NCBI GenBank assembly: GCA_035353995.1
Contig: DAOQAL010000001.1
Coordinates: 145,464-209,463 of the forward strand
DNA from: Minisyncoccota bacterium
Lineage (GTDB): Bacteria > Patescibacteriota > Minisyncoccia > Phycocordibacterales > UBA9973
Direction: 5' to 3'
DNA length: 64,000 nt
The stretch's first letter is position 1. The number at the start of each line of letters is the position of its first letter. Shown piece by piece: positions 44,174 through 53,777 of this stretch. The notes under the pieces were generated by a model. The model did no database searches, was not told the origin of the DNA, and was given only the letters and a program-made list of their open reading frames with translations. A program made the translations under genes and the position numbers.

Positions 44174-44572
44174 GGGGGTGCAAGGCATAGACAGAGAGCC
44201 TTTTGCACTTAATGCATGTCGAGAATAAACGTAATCTCGTAAAACTTCGTTTAAATGTTAATTGCAAAATTGACTTCTAAAGCTTTTGCAAAAGTTTCTC
44301 CATACTTCGGTATGAAGGACTTTGCATTTGCTCCAGCTTTCGCGTAAGCGCAGGTTGGTGTCTTTTTCATAGACTTCCGATATATGAAAAAAGGCATAAT
44401 ATTATCGGGATAGGGGAAAGAACGTCTTGATCTTTTTTCCAAAACTAAAAGAATCGATTTAGAAATATTTTGTTTATTTAAGAATTTTTAAATCTAAAAC
44501 AAAAAATAAACTAAACATGTAGATTTTTTGGCAGAAACTTTTTGCACGGGGGTTCAATTCCCCCCACTTCCA
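44174..44572 (+). ncRNA. ssrA: tmRNA
   Basis: Acceptor GGGGGTG/CACTTCC-A with G3-U70; T-arm GGGGGTTCAATTCCCCC; tag ORF 44264-44347 ending APAFA*; directly after smpB. Confidence 0.93.
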
Positions 44573-44587
44573 CAATCTTACTAATCA

Positions 44588-44616
44588 TTGACTTTCAGAT
44601 TAAATTATGCTATAAT
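44588..44616 (+). promoter_or_regulatory. Promoter of the cassette after tmRNA
   Basis: TTGACT-17 nt-TATAAT with extended TG. Confidence 0.85.
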
Positions 44617-44640
44617 TTATAGGTTATAGTTATTTGACAT

Positions 44641-44701
44641 GGGTTTTATTGGTTTTCAGAGGAGATAGAAATTTTGTCTTTTGTGAAAACCTTTAAAACC
44701 C
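44641..44701 (+). repeat. Hairpin leader, copy A
   Basis: GGGTTTTATTGGTTTTCAGAGGAGATAGAAATTTTGTCTTTTGTGAAAACCTTTAAAACCC; near-identical to 45606-45662. Confidence 0.85.
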
Positions 44702-44707
44702 TCATGT

Positions 44708-45457
44708 ATGAAAAAAATAATCAGTTTTTCTCTGTTTTTTGTTGTTATCGCTTATATTTGTTTTAGCCAAACAACAATGACATTACCGCGACAATCCGGT
44801 AAAGTAAAAGTATGGGCTATGGCATCTGCGAATGCTTTACTTGGTAATGTGTATACGATGGGAAGGGGTGCGAATTGGAATATTGCATTTTCACCATCTC
44901 AAAACGCATTTGCGAATGCAGTAATGGTCGTTACAGGAACATACACATCTGACGATATGAAAGTCGCCGGAAGTGCATATCAAAATTGTAATCAGATTGG
45001 AAATCAACAAGATAAGTATTTCAAACCAAATGCGTATCTAATTTTCCAAAATGGAACAATATCCTTCAGTGATCAATCAAGTTGTAATTCTATTCAGGTG
45101 TACAAATTGATTGATAAAAGTACTATCCTTTCCGATGTAGTAAATGCTCGTACAAAATCGGCAATGGTTTGGAGATTCTTTGTTGAGAAAAGATGGATCA
45201 TAAAATACAATGACGGTACAAAAGAAATGGGAAGAGAGTTGCTTATTGTTGATTTTCATACTGCCCTTACTCTTGCTGAAGCTTGTGCTTACGTGAAAGG
45301 GTTAGAGAGAAATACAGTATATCGAGACTTTAATTATGTAAGCACCGTAACTGCCTGTCTTCTTGATACCGGTATATTCAGACCATTTTTGCTGAACGGA
45401 AACAGTGTTCATGGAACATTTCCGACACAACAGAGTAATGTTATTGTGGTTAAGTAG
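44708..45457 (+). CDS. Hypothetical exported protein
   Basis: Signal peptide-like N-terminus MKKIISFSLFFVVIAYICFS; no recognisable domain. Confidence 0.75.
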   Translation: MKKIISFSLFFVVIAYICFSQTTMTLPRQSGKVKVWAMASANALLGNVYTMGRGANWNIAFSPSQNAFANAVMVVTGTYTSDDMKVAGSAYQNCNQIGNQQDKYFKPNAYLIFQNGTISFSDQSSCNSIQVYKLIDKSTILSDVVNARTKSAMVWRFFVEKRWIIKYNDGTKEMGRELLIVDFHTALTLAEACAYVKGLERNTVYRDFNYVSTVTACLLDTGIFRPFLLNGNSVHGTFPTQQSNVIVVK

Positions 45458-45465
45458 TAGTTAAT

Positions 45466-45508
45466 GCCCACAGAAAGCCCCGCTTTCTGTGGGCTTTCTT
45501 GTTTTTTT
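45466..45508 (+). terminator. Terminator
   Basis: GCCCACAGAAAGC-CCC-GCTTTCTGTGGGC plus T-tract. Confidence 0.9.
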
Positions 45509-45550
45509 ATAGTGTTTTATATTTTATTACATAAACATTCTTACACATAT

Positions 45551-45579
45551 TTGACTTTTAGAGTTTATTGTGATATCAT
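45551..45579 (+). promoter_or_regulatory. Promoter of the small-peptide cassette
   Basis: TTGACT-17 nt-TATCAT with extended TG. Confidence 0.75.
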
Positions 45580-45605
45580 ATATATTAGTATAATGTTATT
45601 TTTAT

Positions 45606-45662
45606 ATTTTGTTGGTTTTCAGAGAAGATAAAATTTTTGTCTTTTGTGAAAACCAATAAAAT
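45606..45662 (+). repeat. Hairpin leader, copy B
   Basis: ATTTTGTTGGTTTTCAGAGAAGATAAAATTTTTGTCTTTTGTGAAAACCAATAAAAT. Confidence 0.85.
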
Positions 45663-45667
45663 CAGGT

Positions 45668-45811
45668 ATGGAAACAACAGAAACAGGTGAAACTAAACAA
45701 CCAACAGGAAAAGAAATAGCTGATTCCACAGGAGAAGATTTTCATATTAACATTGACGGTACTAATGATCCACCGTCAGAAGGAGGCAGTGATGACCTTT
45801 TTAATTGCTAA
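45668..45811 (+). CDS. 47-aa acidic peptide (not in ORF track)
   Basis: METTETGETKQPTGKEIADSTGEDFHINIDGTNDPPSEGGSDDLFNC*; same leader and TCAnGTATG start context as the 44708 gene; own promoter and terminator. Confidence 0.65.
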   Translation: METTETGETKQPTGKEIADSTGEDFHINIDGTNDPPSEGGSDDLFNC

Positions 45812-45835
45812 TAGTAAAAGGTTCTGAAAAAAATG

Positions 45836-45864
45836 AAAGCGGTTGCGAGTCAATCGCTTTTTTT
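45836..45864 (+). terminator. Terminator of the peptide cassette
   Basis: AAAGCGGTTG-CGAGT-CAATCGCTTT plus T-tract. Confidence 0.75.
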
Positions 45865-45902
45865 ATTTAACAATTTAAGTTTTTTATGTTAACATTTAGC
45901 TT

Positions 45903-47816
45903 ATGGATTTTAATGTTTTAAATACAAAAGATGCTAAGAATAAAGGTAAAAAGGGCAAAAAAGGCCCTAGTTTTACCAGTAGTATAGCTACTGCTCTTTT
46001 GGTGTTTATGCTTATAACATCACTTTATTTAGTAATTACTGAAAACAAAAAAGACATACCACAAATTTCTATTTCTGATTTAGCTAAAAATGTTTCCGAG
46101 GGAACAGTAAAAAAAGTTGTTGTTGCTGGAGAAAAACTTACTATTACATATACAAATGATGAAGTTAAAGAATCAAAAAAAGAAGCAGAATCTTCTCTTT
46201 CTCAAACATTATTTAATTACGGAGTAAAACCAGAAGCACTTTCTCAAACTACTATAGAAATAAAAAATGAAAATGGTTTTGGATATTGGTTATTAAATAT
46301 ATTGCCATTTTTGATTCCTGTAGTTTTTGTTCTATTTTTCTTTTGGTATTTATCCAGACAAGTTAAGGGTGCAGGCATGCAAGCATTTACATTTGGTCAA
46401 TCAAAAGCAAGAATTACTGACCCTAATGATAAAAGTAATAAAGTTACATTTAAAGATGTGGCTGGGTGTAAAGAAGCAAAAGAAGAATTAAAAGAAATTG
46501 TTGATTTTCTAAAAAGTCCAAAAAAGTTTTTAGATATTGGTGCAAGAATTCCTAAAGGAGTTATTTTAACTGGAGCTCCAGGAACAGGTAAAACATTACT
46601 TGCAAGAGCTGTAGCAGGTGAAGCATCAGTCCCTTTTTTCCATCTTTCTGGATCTGAATTTGTTGAAATGTTTGTTGGTGTTGGAGCTTCTAGAGTTAGA
46701 GATTTATTCAAAATGGCAAAAAAATCTGCTCCATCTATAATTTTTGTTGATGAAATAGATGCAATAGGAAGAACACGTGGTGGAGGATTTGGAGGTGGAA
46801 ATGATGAACGTGAACAAACATTAAATCAGATATTGGTTGAAATGGATGGTTTTGAACCAAATGATAAAGTTATAGTAATGGCCGCAACAAATAGACCAGA
46901 TGTTCTTGATCCAGCTCTAATTCGTCCAGGGCGTTTTGATAGAAAAGTAATTTTAGAATTACCTGATCGTTCAGATAGAGAAGATATTTTAAAAATACAT
47001 GCACAGAGAAAACCACTTGCTGAAGATATTAATTTGAAATTAATTGCTGAAAGAACTCCTGGATTTTCTGGAGCAGATTTATATTCATTAATGAACGAGG
47101 GAGCCATTTTAGCTGCACGTGAGAATCGTAAAAAGGTTTTTCAATTTGACTTGATTCGTGCTATAGAAAAAGTAATGCTTGGTCCAGAAAGAAAAAGTCA
47201 TTTGCTTTCAAAGAAGGAAAAAGAAATAACTGCTTATCACGAAGCAGGGCATGCTCTTGTTGCTTCTGTATTGCCTAATGCTGATCCAGTACATAAAGTA
47301 TCTATTATTGCGAGAGGAAATGCAGGCGGTTACACTCTTAAATTGCCTCTTGAAGAGAGAAGATTACAATCTAAAAAAGAATTTATTGATGATATTGCAA
47401 TGTCTCTTGGTGGATATGTTGCAGAAAAAATTGTTTTTGGAGACATAACAACAGGGCCTTCAAGTGATTTGCAGGTTGCTACAAATTTGGCTCGTGCAAT
47501 GGTTACACGTTTTGGTATGTCTGATATAATTGGTCCTGTCGCTTTGGAAGATTCTGGTGGCAAATTACAATTTGGTGAGGTATATGAAAAAGAATATTCT
47601 GAGGCAATGTCTATAAAAGTTGATTCTGAAATTTCAAAAATTATTGATAATGGAATAAAATCTGCAGAGAAAGCATTAAAAGAAAATAGGGAAGCATTTG
47701 ATAGCATAGCAAAAAGATTAATTGAGGTCGAAACAATAGAACAGGAAGAATATGAGAAAATAATTATTGCACATGGTATAGTTCCTAAGAAGTTAGTTGT
47801 TGAAAAAACAAATTAG
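45903..47816 (+). CDS. ftsH: ATP-dependent zinc metalloprotease FtsH
   Basis: Two TM; GAPGTGKT; DEIDA; RPGRFDR; HEAGH. Confidence 0.98.
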   Translation: MDFNVLNTKDAKNKGKKGKKGPSFTSSIATALLVFMLITSLYLVITENKKDIPQISISDLAKNVSEGTVKKVVVAGEKLTITYTNDEVKESKKEAESSLSQTLFNYGVKPEALSQTTIEIKNENGFGYWLLNILPFLIPVVFVLFFFWYLSRQVKGAGMQAFTFGQSKARITDPNDKSNKVTFKDVAGCKEAKEELKEIVDFLKSPKKFLDIGARIPKGVILTGAPGTGKTLLARAVAGEASVPFFHLSGSEFVEMFVGVGASRVRDLFKMAKKSAPSIIFVDEIDAIGRTRGGGFGGGNDEREQTLNQILVEMDGFEPNDKVIVMAATNRPDVLDPALIRPGRFDRKVILELPDRSDREDILKIHAQRKPLAEDINLKLIAERTPGFSGADLYSLMNEGAILAARENRKKVFQFDLIRAIEKVMLGPERKSHLLSKKEKEITAYHEAGHALVASVLPNADPVHKVSIIARGNAGGYTLKLPLEERRLQSKKEFIDDIAMSLGGYVAEKIVFGDITTGPSSDLQVATNLARAMVTRFGMSDIIGPVALEDSGGKLQFGEVYEKEYSEAMSIKVDSEISKIIDNGIKSAEKALKENREAFDSIAKRLIEVETIEQEEYEKIIIAHGIVPKKLVVEKTN

Positions 47817-47831
47817 AATTAATTTGCAAAA

Positions 47832-47905
47832 CCGTCCTTAGCTCAGCTGGTTAGAGCACGGAGCTTATACCTCCGGGGTCCTAGGTTCGAATCCTAGAGG
47901 ACGGA
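47832..47905 (+). tRNA. tRNA-Ile (anticodon UAU)
   Basis: CCGTCCT/AGGACGG acceptor; GCTC/GAGC D-stem; CGGAG-CTTATAC-CTCCG; CTAGG-TTCGAAT-CCTAG; discriminator A. Confidence 0.92.
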
Positions 47906-47978
47906 CAAGGATAATTTTTCCATAAAATTGGAAAATAGATTTTTGAATTAGAAAGAATTGAAGAAGAATAATAATTCT

Positions 47979-49469
47979 TTAAGCTTCTGCTATTTGAATT
48001 TTCTTATCTATTTTTTCGTCTTTTTCTTTAAGAGCTAATATGGTGAATGAGCCCAGCGCAACTACTATACTGGATACTATAAATACAAAGTCATAGGAAG
48101 TGACTTGAGCTTTTAATGCTATTAGTGATATATATTGTTGCAAGTCTATGGGGCTATTGCTAAATAAATGACTAAAATTATTTATTTGTAATACATTATG
48201 TTCAATTCTGTTATTCAGAATAGTTCCAAATAAAGCAATTCCGAATGCACCAGATATACTTCTTGCTAGAGCAAGGACTGATGAAGCAATTCCAATTTCA
48301 CTGTCTTTAACAATAGTTGTTACTAAGTTTGTTCTTTGCGCCATACCAAGACCCATACCAAATGCCATTATACTTAGTGGTATTATTACACCCCAAACAG
48401 TTGATCTTGGGTCAAGAAATGAAAATAAGAAGAGTCCAAATGCTGATATCAAAGTGCTTGCGAATATTACATATTTAGATTTTACTCTTCCAGTTAACAT
48501 ACCTCCTATCGGTGATGTAATCATCATAACTAATGCCATTGGCATAAATAAATACCCAGATTCTGTGGCACTAAAACCGAGAAATGTTTGCACAAAAACT
48601 GGTATTAGAAATACCGATCCCATCATTCCCATAAAAATTATAAAATTGTTTGAGATTATATTTACAAAAGCTGGTATTTTGAAAAAACTTAAATCTACTA
48701 TTGGCTCTTTTGCTTTATGTTCAACATCTATAAATATTTTACCGAAAATTAGAATTACAAGATAAGAAATTATACTGCTTATTGAAAGCCATCCCCAACT
48801 TGATCCTTTTTCAAGAACAAGAACTAAAGAAGAAAGTGTTACTCCTAATGTTATTGCTCCCCACCAGTCAAAGTGTTGTGGTTTTTCTTCTGATCTTGAT
48901 TCATTAATAAATCTTAATGCCATCAAAACTCCAATTATTCCAATAGGCAAATTTATAAAGAAAACTGATCTCCAACCTAAACTATCAATAAGAGGACCTC
49001 CGATGAGTGGACCAAGTACAGAAGCTGCTGCGAATGCAGAAGACCAAATACCTAATGCTTGTGCTCTTTCTCGCCCTTGTTTAAAAGTTACTGCAATAAT
49101 TGCCATAGCAGTAGGGTAGTCAGCAGATCCAGCGATAGCTTGTATTACACGAAATACTATCATTGATTTTAAATCCCATGCAAAACCAGCCAAAATTGAT
49201 CCTAGCACAAACACACTGAAACCGATTATATAAACTTTTTTTCTTCCAATTGTGTCTCCAAGTTTTCCCCAAATAGGAACAAAAATAGCATTAGCAATAA
49301 TGTAGGCAGTGGCAATCCAACCGGCTGCTGATACTGTAATGTTAAATTCGTCAATTATTTTAGGGAGGGCAAGGTTTACAACCGTTTGATCCATTGAACT
49401 TAAAAAAGTTCCAATGATAACAGTTATAAGAACCCACCATCGCAGTTTGTCCTGCTTGGCTTCTGTCAT
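47979..49469 (-). CDS. DHA2 (EmrB/QacA) MFS efflux permease
   Basis: MDQTVVNLALP, GKLGDTIGRKK, WRSVFFINLPIG; ~14 TM. Confidence 0.92.
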   Translation of the reverse strand: MTEAKQDKLRWWVLITVIIGTFLSSMDQTVVNLALPKIIDEFNITVSAAGWIATAYIIANAIFVPIWGKLGDTIGRKKVYIIGFSVFVLGSILAGFAWDLKSMIVFRVIQAIAGSADYPTAMAIIAVTFKQGRERAQALGIWSSAFAAASVLGPLIGGPLIDSLGWRSVFFINLPIGIIGVLMALRFINESRSEEKPQHFDWWGAITLGVTLSSLVLVLEKGSSWGWLSISSIISYLVILIFGKIFIDVEHKAKEPIVDLSFFKIPAFVNIISNNFIIFMGMMGSVFLIPVFVQTFLGFSATESGYLFMPMALVMMITSPIGGMLTGRVKSKYVIFASTLISAFGLFLFSFLDPRSTVWGVIIPLSIMAFGMGLGMAQRTNLVTTIVKDSEIGIASSVLALARSISGAFGIALFGTILNNRIEHNVLQINNFSHLFSNSPIDLQQYISLIALKAQVTSYDFVFIVSSIVVALGSFTILALKEKDEKIDKKIQIAEA

Positions 49470-49473
49470 ATAA

Positions 49474-50106
49474 TTATTTATTAAAAACTTTTATTTTAGC
49501 GGACATACCATTTTTAAATTCTGGATGAAGTTCGATATCATATTTTATTTTGATTGTAAATTCTTTTACTTCTCTTTTGTCTGAAATACTAAATACAACA
49601 CTTGAGTCTTTTGAAGTTTCACTAATTTCATCTACTATACCTGTATATTTTTCTCCTGGAAATGCATCAAGAACAAAACTTACAGGATCACCAATAGAAA
49701 TTTTAGAAAATCCAGAATCTTCTTTTATTGTTCCAATAACTCTAAGTTCATTTGGATCAATCATTTTTATTACAGCTTGAGAAGGGGAGAACAGTTGTCC
49801 TGGTGTATTATTTGCTACAATAATATGGCCGTCTATTCTTGATGTAAGTATTTCAGCTCCAACGTGAGCTAAAGGTTCTCCAGCTTTTACATCATCTCCA
49901 ACTTTTACATACACTTGATCAAGTATTCCAGAAACTTCTGGACTTATAGTTATTACTGGAGCTTCAACAGTTCCATTTTCAATTTTTATATGTGATGAAA
50001 TTGATTTGTAGAATAATATACCGGTAATCAAAGCTACAACAATCAAGACGCCTGATAAACTTTGAACCCATGGTTTTTTAAAAATACTTTCTTTAGGATT
50101 TTCCAT
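49474..50106 (-). CDS. EmrA/HlyD-family membrane fusion protein (short)
   Basis: TM anchor; ISPEVSGILDQVYVKVGDDVKAGEPL lipoyl-like motif; NGMSAKIKV. Confidence 0.85.
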   Translation of the reverse strand: MENPKESIFKKPWVQSLSGVLIVVALITGILFYKSISSHIKIENGTVEAPVITISPEVSGILDQVYVKVGDDVKAGEPLAHVGAEILTSRIDGHIIVANNTPGQLFSPSQAVIKMIDPNELRVIGTIKEDSGFSKISIGDPVSFVLDAFPGEKYTGIVDEISETSKDSSVVFSISDKREVKEFTIKIKYDIELHPEFKNGMSAKIKVFNK

Positions 50107-50107
50107 A

Positions 50108-51094
50108 TTATTTTATAGTTATACTTATAACTGGTTTATTGGAAGAGACCGACTGTCCAACTTTAAGATTTTCATCAATAGAAGTTACAACACCATCAGC
50201 TGGTGCAATAATTAAATTGTTTTGATATGAACCAAGTGCTGCTTCATATGATCCACGTGCTGCTTCAACTTGTGCACGGGCTACACTATTTTCATTTCCA
50301 CTATCGCCGATGTTTGTTGAAAGATCTGTTAATATTTTTTCTCTATTTGCTAAAGCCAATTCATAGGAATTTTTATTTGCCATATAAACTGAACTTTTTT
50401 TATTTGGAATTTCTATTGTCCAAGTAATAGTGTCATTAAAATATTCTGAAACTTTGTTGAATTTTATTTGTAGACCACAATCTCCAAGAGCAATAGGGTT
50501 TTCATATTTTACTGGAGCAAAACCACTTTCAAGCCCGGAATATTTAAATGAATATCCAGTATCGTTATCAGATGAGCGATATGGTTCTATTTTGTAAGAT
50601 CCTTCTTTTCCACATGTATAAGTTCCAGATATTGTAGGAACATTTAAATCTTGTTTATTTGGAGTACCTTCAAGTCCGCTTGAAAGTAATGTCTTATACG
50701 CATTTTCGACAATAAGATCTTGCTGTGCTTTTGTTGTTTTATATTGTGTATTAAGTAATGCATATTGTGCTTCTGCTAAATCAAGAGCACTCTTTGCTTG
50801 GCTTACTGCACCTTGTGAATCTGGTGCTGAAAGTTTTGCTAAAATATCTCCTTTTGTTACATTTTGTCCAACTTTTACTAATACAGATTCAAGCCTTCCA
50901 CTTTTTGGAAAAGAAAGATCTACATTGTCTTGTGAAGTTAGCTCTATGGACGGATTAGTACTTTCTCCAATATTTACAACTGGTGCTTTTCCTATATATT
51001 TCCATCCTATAACTAGAGCTATTGCTCCAATAATTATGGTTATAAAAATTATATTTTTTGGTTTTGAAAACATTTTTTTTATTTTTTCTTTCAT
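50108..51094 (-). CDS. HlyD/RND-type membrane fusion protein
   Basis: LSFPKSGRLESVLVKVGQNVTKGDIL; coiled coil; IIAPADGVV. Confidence 0.8.
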   Translation of the reverse strand: MKEKIKKMFSKPKNIIFITIIIGAIALVIGWKYIGKAPVVNIGESTNPSIELTSQDNVDLSFPKSGRLESVLVKVGQNVTKGDILAKLSAPDSQGAVSQAKSALDLAEAQYALLNTQYKTTKAQQDLIVENAYKTLLSSGLEGTPNKQDLNVPTISGTYTCGKEGSYKIEPYRSSDNDTGYSFKYSGLESGFAPVKYENPIALGDCGLQIKFNKVSEYFNDTITWTIEIPNKKSSVYMANKNSYELALANREKILTDLSTNIGDSGNENSVARAQVEAARGSYEAALGSYQNNLIIAPADGVVTSIDENLKVGQSVSSNKPVISITIK

Positions 51095-51108
51095 ATATTA
51101 TTTATTAA

Positions 51109-51543
51109 TTAATTTGGTACACACTTTATAAGTATTCTTGCTAAATCTTCTTTGTCTTTCTTGCCTAACCTTAAAAACATTTTTTTGAATATATGCATCT
51201 TTTTATTATGGATAGAACGAAACATATTTTCTCCTTTTACTCCAAGCCTTACATAAACTTCTCTTCTGTCCTTTTTATTATGGATATTTACTCTCTCAAT
51301 CATTCCTTTTTCTATTAATATCTTTACTAATACACTCGCTGATGGGGGAGTAATATGTAGCCAAGATGCTATTTCTTTCATTGTGATACTACCTCTTTCT
51401 GCTATATACATCAAGATTTCAAAGTGCGAAAGAGACAAACCTGTTTCTTTTGCTTCTTCTAATAAAAATGTAGTCATTGAATGACGAAACATCATTAGAA
51501 CCCTATCTAAGTTTCTATTGCGTGTTAATACTATTTTTTTCAT
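51109..51543 (-). CDS. MarR-family transcriptional regulator
   Basis: GLSLSHFEIL, EIASWLHITPPSAS, DRREVYVRL. Confidence 0.9.
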   Translation of the reverse strand: MKKIVLTRNRNLDRVLMMFRHSMTTFLLEEAKETGLSLSHFEILMYIAERGSITMKEIASWLHITPPSASVLVKILIEKGMIERVNIHNKKDRREVYVRLGVKGENMFRSIHNKKMHIFKKMFLRLGKKDKEDLARILIKCVPN

Positions 51544-51552
51544 AAGTTTATC

Positions 51553-51600
51553 TAATATTTAGATAATCTAAATATTATCAAAATGACTTTTAAAAGTCAA
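51553..51600 (-). promoter_or_regulatory. marR operon promoter with palindromic operator(s)
   Basis: Minus strand TTGACT-17 nt-TAATAT; TAATATTTAGAT-N-ATCTAAATATTA (51553-51577) and TGACTTTTAAAAGTCA (51584-51599). Confidence 0.8.
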
Positions 51601-51616
51601 GTTTTTTAAAAGTAAA

Positions 51617-53770
51617 CTATTCGAAATGAAATTTCTCTGTTTTTTCTTTTACTTTAGATTTAAGTAAAGAATATTTCAAAAGTTCAGGGTCCTCATTTAT
51701 TAAACGTATTGCTTCACTTCTTGCAGCTTCAACCATTTTTATATTTTTTATTGCTTCCATTCCAATATCTGTAATTCCCCATTGTTTTCCTCCAGAAAGT
51801 TCTCCAGCACCTCGTAATGTTAAATCAAGTTCAGCTAATTCAAAGCCATTTTTTGCTGTTTTTAAAGCTCGTAATCTTTTTATTGTTTTTTCTGTTTTTG
51901 CATCAGCAAATACATAACAATATGCCTGATGATTGCTTCTTATAACTCTGCCACGAAGTTGATGTAGTTGTGCAAGTCCGAATCTTTCAGCTCCTTCAAT
52001 AATAATAATTGTTGCATTTGGAACATTTATGCCAACTTCTATTACTGACGTAGCACATAAAATATTTAATTTACCATAAGCAAAATCTTTCATAACTTCT
52101 TCTTTTTTCTGTTTAGACATTTTTGAATGAAGTACTCCTATTTCACAATTTTGAAAAACTTCTTTCTTCAAACGTTTTGCTTCTGCTGTCGCAGATTTTA
52201 CGTTTAAAGCCATTTCTTTTTCTGGGTCAGGTTCAAAAATTCTTGGGCATATGACATACAATTGTCTGCCGTCTTTAATTTCTTTTTTTATTTTTTCATA
52301 TGTATCTTCACGCTTGTCTGGAGTTATTATTTCTGTAATAATTTGTTTTCTTCCGGCTGGCATTTCATCAAGTAAAGATAAGTCCAAATCTCCAAAAATT
52401 GTAAGAGCAAGCGTTCTTGGAATTGGGGTAGCTGTCATAGAAAGCAAATGTGGAGCAATATTATCTTTTCTTACTAACTTTCTTCTTTGTGCTGTGCCAA
52501 ATCTATGTTGCTCATCTATAACTACAAATGCTAAATTTTTAAATTTTACAGTTTTCTGAATTAGAGCGTGAGTTCCTATTAATATTGATATATCGCCACT
52601 TGCTGTCCATTTTAAAAGTTGTGAGCGAGATATATCTGTCCAACCAGCAGGATTTACTTTTGATGGAAATTTTTTACATCCAGATCCTGTTATCAATCCT
52701 ATATTGATAGGTAAATGTTTAAAATATTGTATAAAAGATTCAAAATGTTGTGATGCTAATATTTCAGTTGGTGCCATGTATGCAGTTTGTAAATTGCCAA
52801 AATTTTGTAATCGATTTTTTACAACTACATAAGCGGCTGTTGCTGCTACGGCTGTTTTTCCAGATCCTACATCTCCTTCAAGTAAACGTGACATTGGAAA
52901 TGGATTTGTCATATCTTTTAATATTGTTTCTATGGATTTTTTTTGTGAGTCTGTTGGAGAAAAAGGGAAACGTTTTAAGAATTCTTTAACTTCGTTTTCT
53001 GTATTTGTTATTTTAAAAGATTTATTTTTTTTATATTCAAGTTTTTCATGCTGTCTTTCAAGTTGTATATAAAAAACCTCTTCAAATGCGAATCTTTTTC
53101 TTGCGATTTCTGCATTTTTTTCATTCCTTGGTTTATGTATCCAAATTAATGCTGTTTTCAAACTTGGTAAGTTGTATCTCTCTAATATGTCGTTAGGAAT
53201 ATGATCTTCTATAGTATCTAAAATTTTTTCTTTAAATATTTTTTCTATTGCATGATAAAACCAACGTGATGTTATTCCTCTTGTCTCATGATATACAGGA
53301 TAAGATGAACCAGTAAGTTTTGTATCGTTTTTAAATAATGTGTTGTGAGAATCTATTGGTAATTCATTTGTTTTTTCAAATTCTGGATTAGCTAAATAAA
53401 TTCCTTGTTTGCCATTTGTAACTCGTCCTGTTAGTTTTACATTTTGGCCATTATGAATCATTTTTGCTAGATATGCTTGATTAAACCAAATTATTTTTAT
53501 TTTTGATGTTAAATCTTCTATTTCTCCCTCTGCCATTGGAATTTTAGAACGATACCCTTTTTTAGTTTTAAGTTTTGAAACTTTTCCATAGACTGTTGCA
53601 GTTTCTCCAGGAATAAGATTTTCAATTAGTTTTACTTCGCTTATGTCTCCATACCTAACAGGGAAGTAGAAAAGTAAATCATAAACAGAAAAAACCCCAA
53701 GCTTTTTTAAAGCCCTTTTTTGACTTTCGTCTAAGCGAAATATTGTCTCAATCCTGTCATTAAGTTGCAT
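51617..53770 (-). CDS. recG: ATP-dependent DNA helicase RecG
   Basis: GDVGSGKT, DEQHRFG, MTATPIPRTL, QLHQLRGRV, DLTLRGAGE. Confidence 0.96.
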   Translation of the reverse strand: MQLNDRIETIFRLDESQKRALKKLGVFSVYDLLFYFPVRYGDISEVKLIENLIPGETATVYGKVSKLKTKKGYRSKIPMAEGEIEDLTSKIKIIWFNQAYLAKMIHNGQNVKLTGRVTNGKQGIYLANPEFEKTNELPIDSHNTLFKNDTKLTGSSYPVYHETRGITSRWFYHAIEKIFKEKILDTIEDHIPNDILERYNLPSLKTALIWIHKPRNEKNAEIARKRFAFEEVFYIQLERQHEKLEYKKNKSFKITNTENEVKEFLKRFPFSPTDSQKKSIETILKDMTNPFPMSRLLEGDVGSGKTAVAATAAYVVVKNRLQNFGNLQTAYMAPTEILASQHFESFIQYFKHLPINIGLITGSGCKKFPSKVNPAGWTDISRSQLLKWTASGDISILIGTHALIQKTVKFKNLAFVVIDEQHRFGTAQRRKLVRKDNIAPHLLSMTATPIPRTLALTIFGDLDLSLLDEMPAGRKQIITEIITPDKREDTYEKIKKEIKDGRQLYVICPRIFEPDPEKEMALNVKSATAEAKRLKKEVFQNCEIGVLHSKMSKQKKEEVMKDFAYGKLNILCATSVIEVGINVPNATIIIIEGAERFGLAQLHQLRGRVIRSNHQAYCYVFADAKTEKTIKRLRALKTAKNGFELAELDLTLRGAGELSGGKQWGITDIGMEAIKNIKMVEAARSEAIRLINEDPELLKYSLLKSKVKEKTEKFHFE

Positions 53771-53777
53771 TTATCAA

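Noticed and set aside
44073-44442. Minus-strand ORFs over smpB/tmRNA
   Set aside because: Region is explained by tmRNA on the plus strand
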